A stretch of DNA of 57,482 nt from Lachnospiraceae bacterium. GTDB lineage: Bacteria > Bacillota > Clostridia > Lachnospirales > Lachnospiraceae. The stretch lies in assembly GCA_017622535.1 (NCBI GenBank), contig JAGAQX010000151.1, positions 1-57,482 of the forward strand. Direction: 5' to 3'. The notes under the pieces were generated by a model that saw only the letters and a list, made by a program, of their open reading frames with translations, ran no database searches and had not been told where the DNA came from. Positions 55,734 to 57,482 of this stretch are shown piece by piece (position 1 is the stretch's first letter; each line of letters starts with the position of its first letter). A program made the translations under genes and the position numbers.

Positions 55734-56288
55734 TCATCGCAAAAAATACATAATCAAATAAAGGACACCTAATATCAATAAAATTGGTATTCCCCAATGC
55801 ACCAACACCCAAAATCCTACCCGAAGTAGACCGAACACAATTAAAACAAGTAGGATGAATATCAATACATATATTACCTTTGCATACCAAGAATTAAGAT
55901 CGAAGACAAAGGGTTGCTTTTCTCGTTTCTTCTGTTCCCTTTCTGCTTGTTTCTGCTCTCTTCTAGCCTGTTCTTCTGCTTTCTCAGCTTCACTTTTTGC
56001 CCCAAAGAAATTACCTTGTGCAAATGGATTATCCTTTACCCGACGCGTCTTTCCATCCTCGGTATATATCTCATCTGCCTCGCGCTCACCTGTATGTGCT
56101 GCAATAATGGAACGTGCAATTAATGCTGGTCTTCCCAATTCTGCTACCACTTGTGACTCACTTTTTCCGTTACGTATCTCATCTTCTATATAAGTAGAAT
56201 AATATCTATAGGAATCCATTACAGCCTCTGATGAAACTTCACCAGATAATGATTGTCTCAATTCATCCAAAAATTCCTGTTTCGTCAT
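55734..56288 (-). CDS. DUF1700-like membrane protein
   Basis: The N-terminus is MTKQEFLDELRQSLSGEVSSEAVMDSYRYYSTYIEDEIRNGKSESQVVAELGRPALIA. It has a lysine/glutamate-rich linker and two C-terminal TM helices. Confidence 0.6.
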   Translation of the reverse strand: MTKQEFLDELRQSLSGEVSSEAVMDSYRYYSTYIEDEIRNGKSESQVVAELGRPALIARSIIAAHTGEREADEIYTEDGKTRRVKDNPFAQGNFFGAKSEAEKAEEQARREQKQAEREQKKREKQPFVFDLNSWYAKVIYVLIFILLVLIVFGLLRVGFWVLVHWGIPILLILGVLYLIMYFLR

Positions 56289-56297
56289 ATTGTCCTC

Positions 56298-57407
56298 CTA
56301 TTCTGCCTGCAATACAAGTACATGAAATTCACCCGCGCGAAAGGTTTGCCAGTTTACACTCCGAAAAATGTTGTTATCCTCGAAAATGAATTGCATTTCG
56401 TCCTCATTTTCTTCGTAGGAACGCATTGCAGCTTCATAATAATTCTGACCTTCTTCCACCATTTTTTCATACGCGTAATATTTATACTCATTAAAATCTC
56501 TAAAATACAAATTATTATATACATAATAATTACAACTCATACCAAATGCCTCTGGATATGAGCTTTTATCCCATTCATGCGTTTCACTAATGACCTCATC
56601 CGGTACATTGAAATAAGAATGCACCACCATGTCACCTCTATCTGGAACCGGATCATTCCAGGTTGCGTCTAAATGATACCATACACCCTCCAGCTTCACC
56701 AGATTCCAAGCGTGCTCTATCCCATCGGCCTTTCCGATAATAAACTGCGATTCAAGTCCTGCACAGGTAAACAGTACCTGCAGCGCTTCTGCATATCCAT
56801 TACAAACCGCATCTTGATTCACCAAAGCTCCATATGCTCTATAAATATCACTCCCTGCTGGCTGATCAACATTTGCACTATATCGACAATTCTTCACCAA
56901 ATAATCATGTAATGCAACTTCCTTTTCAAAATCACTCATACCTTCTTTGATACATTCAGACATAATGAAATCAATTCTCTCATAGAGCTGCTTTGCCTTT
57001 TGTTCGGTATCCGGAATCGGTTCACTCTCCATATACGCTTTTAGAGCATAGTAATTCGTCGTTCTCTTAATTGTAATGGACACCTTTTTATATGTATTAC
57101 CAATCGTTCCCAACTGCTGATAGGTTGCACCACTTCCAAATACACCATCTAAAGATTCATTAATATCATCAATCGCCTCCACATCCATGTCCTTCAAATA
57201 GACAATAAATGATTGCGATCCATTCAAAATCTCCGCTGATAAACGTTTTGATAAGCTATCTAAATCCGAATAAATATTTTCTTCCGAAAAATTCTCTTCC
57301 GTATAAGAAGCAACCTTCTCTTGAAGCTTGGGATTCGTCATATACGAATACACTCCAAAGACTGCCATTATTAAAATGATTACAAATACTATAATTTGTT
57401 TTTTCAT
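56298..57407 (-). CDS. Membrane-anchored transglutaminase-like (Cys-His-Asp) protein
   Basis: It has an N-terminal TM. The core reads AVCNGYAEALQVLF...EHAWNLVKLEGVWYHLDATWND. The start is probably ATG 57407, with GAGGG 5 nt upstream; the track ORF extends to 57425. Confidence 0.75.
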   Translation of the reverse strand: MKKQIIVFVIILIMAVFGVYSYMTNPKLQEKVASYTEENFSEENIYSDLDSLSKRLSAEILNGSQSFIVYLKDMDVEAIDDINESLDGVFGSGATYQQLGTIGNTYKKVSITIKRTTNYYALKAYMESEPIPDTEQKAKQLYERIDFIMSECIKEGMSDFEKEVALHDYLVKNCRYSANVDQPAGSDIYRAYGALVNQDAVCNGYAEALQVLFTCAGLESQFIIGKADGIEHAWNLVKLEGVWYHLDATWNDPVPDRGDMVVHSYFNVPDEVISETHEWDKSSYPEAFGMSCNYYVYNNLYFRDFNEYKYYAYEKMVEEGQNYYEAAMRSYEENEDEMQFIFEDNNIFRSVNWQTFRAGEFHVLVLQAE

Positions 57408-57482
57408 GTAATCCCTCATTCTCATACAAACATATTACAAAAGATGTTTTTGATTGTATCATTGATACCAATTTCTTGCAAT

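Overview
This is a 57.5-kb chromosomal segment from a low-GC Gram-positive bacterium. Gene content suggests a Clostridia, Lachnospiraceae-like organism, but that is inference only. About 85% of the genes lie on the minus strand.

The housekeeping backbone is recognisable from strong motifs: radA, clpC, purD-purN-purM, purE, ppdK, glyQS, recO, era, an M16 insulinase-like peptidase, a tRNA-Val/tRNA-Met pair, and a Pct/YdiF-type CoA-transferase.

Accessory and signalling content is interleaved with the backbone:
- A CHASE2 class-III nucleotide cyclase sits in an operon with a FecR-domain protein and a secreted repeat protein.
- Three c-di-GMP turnover genes are present.
- A module of a J-domain/TPR giant protein, an HscC-like Hsp70 and a degenerate-GGDEF/EAL protein is wedged between purE and purMND.
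- There is a zinc-ribbon/TM/LRR protein and a ricin-repeat cysteine peptidase.
- A 7.4-kb accessory stretch lies immediately downstream of ppdK.

The most unusual signal is in that stretch. Three direct copies of a composite non-coding element each contain a 24-nt core identical to the last 7 codons plus stop of ppdK. In two copies the core is followed by about 173 nt of hairpins. Their sequences differ wholesale between copies but keep their pairing, and G-U pairs appear only on the minus-strand transcript. Each copy ends in a terminator. The copies bracket two gene cassettes: one carries an MCP; the other carries merR, an acidic lipoprotein, two DUF4230-like genes, a small ORF and phd/parE. 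No recombinase is visible.

All family assignments come from motif recognition by eye, and no database search was possible. Hairpin and promoter coordinates are good to about +/-2 nt.
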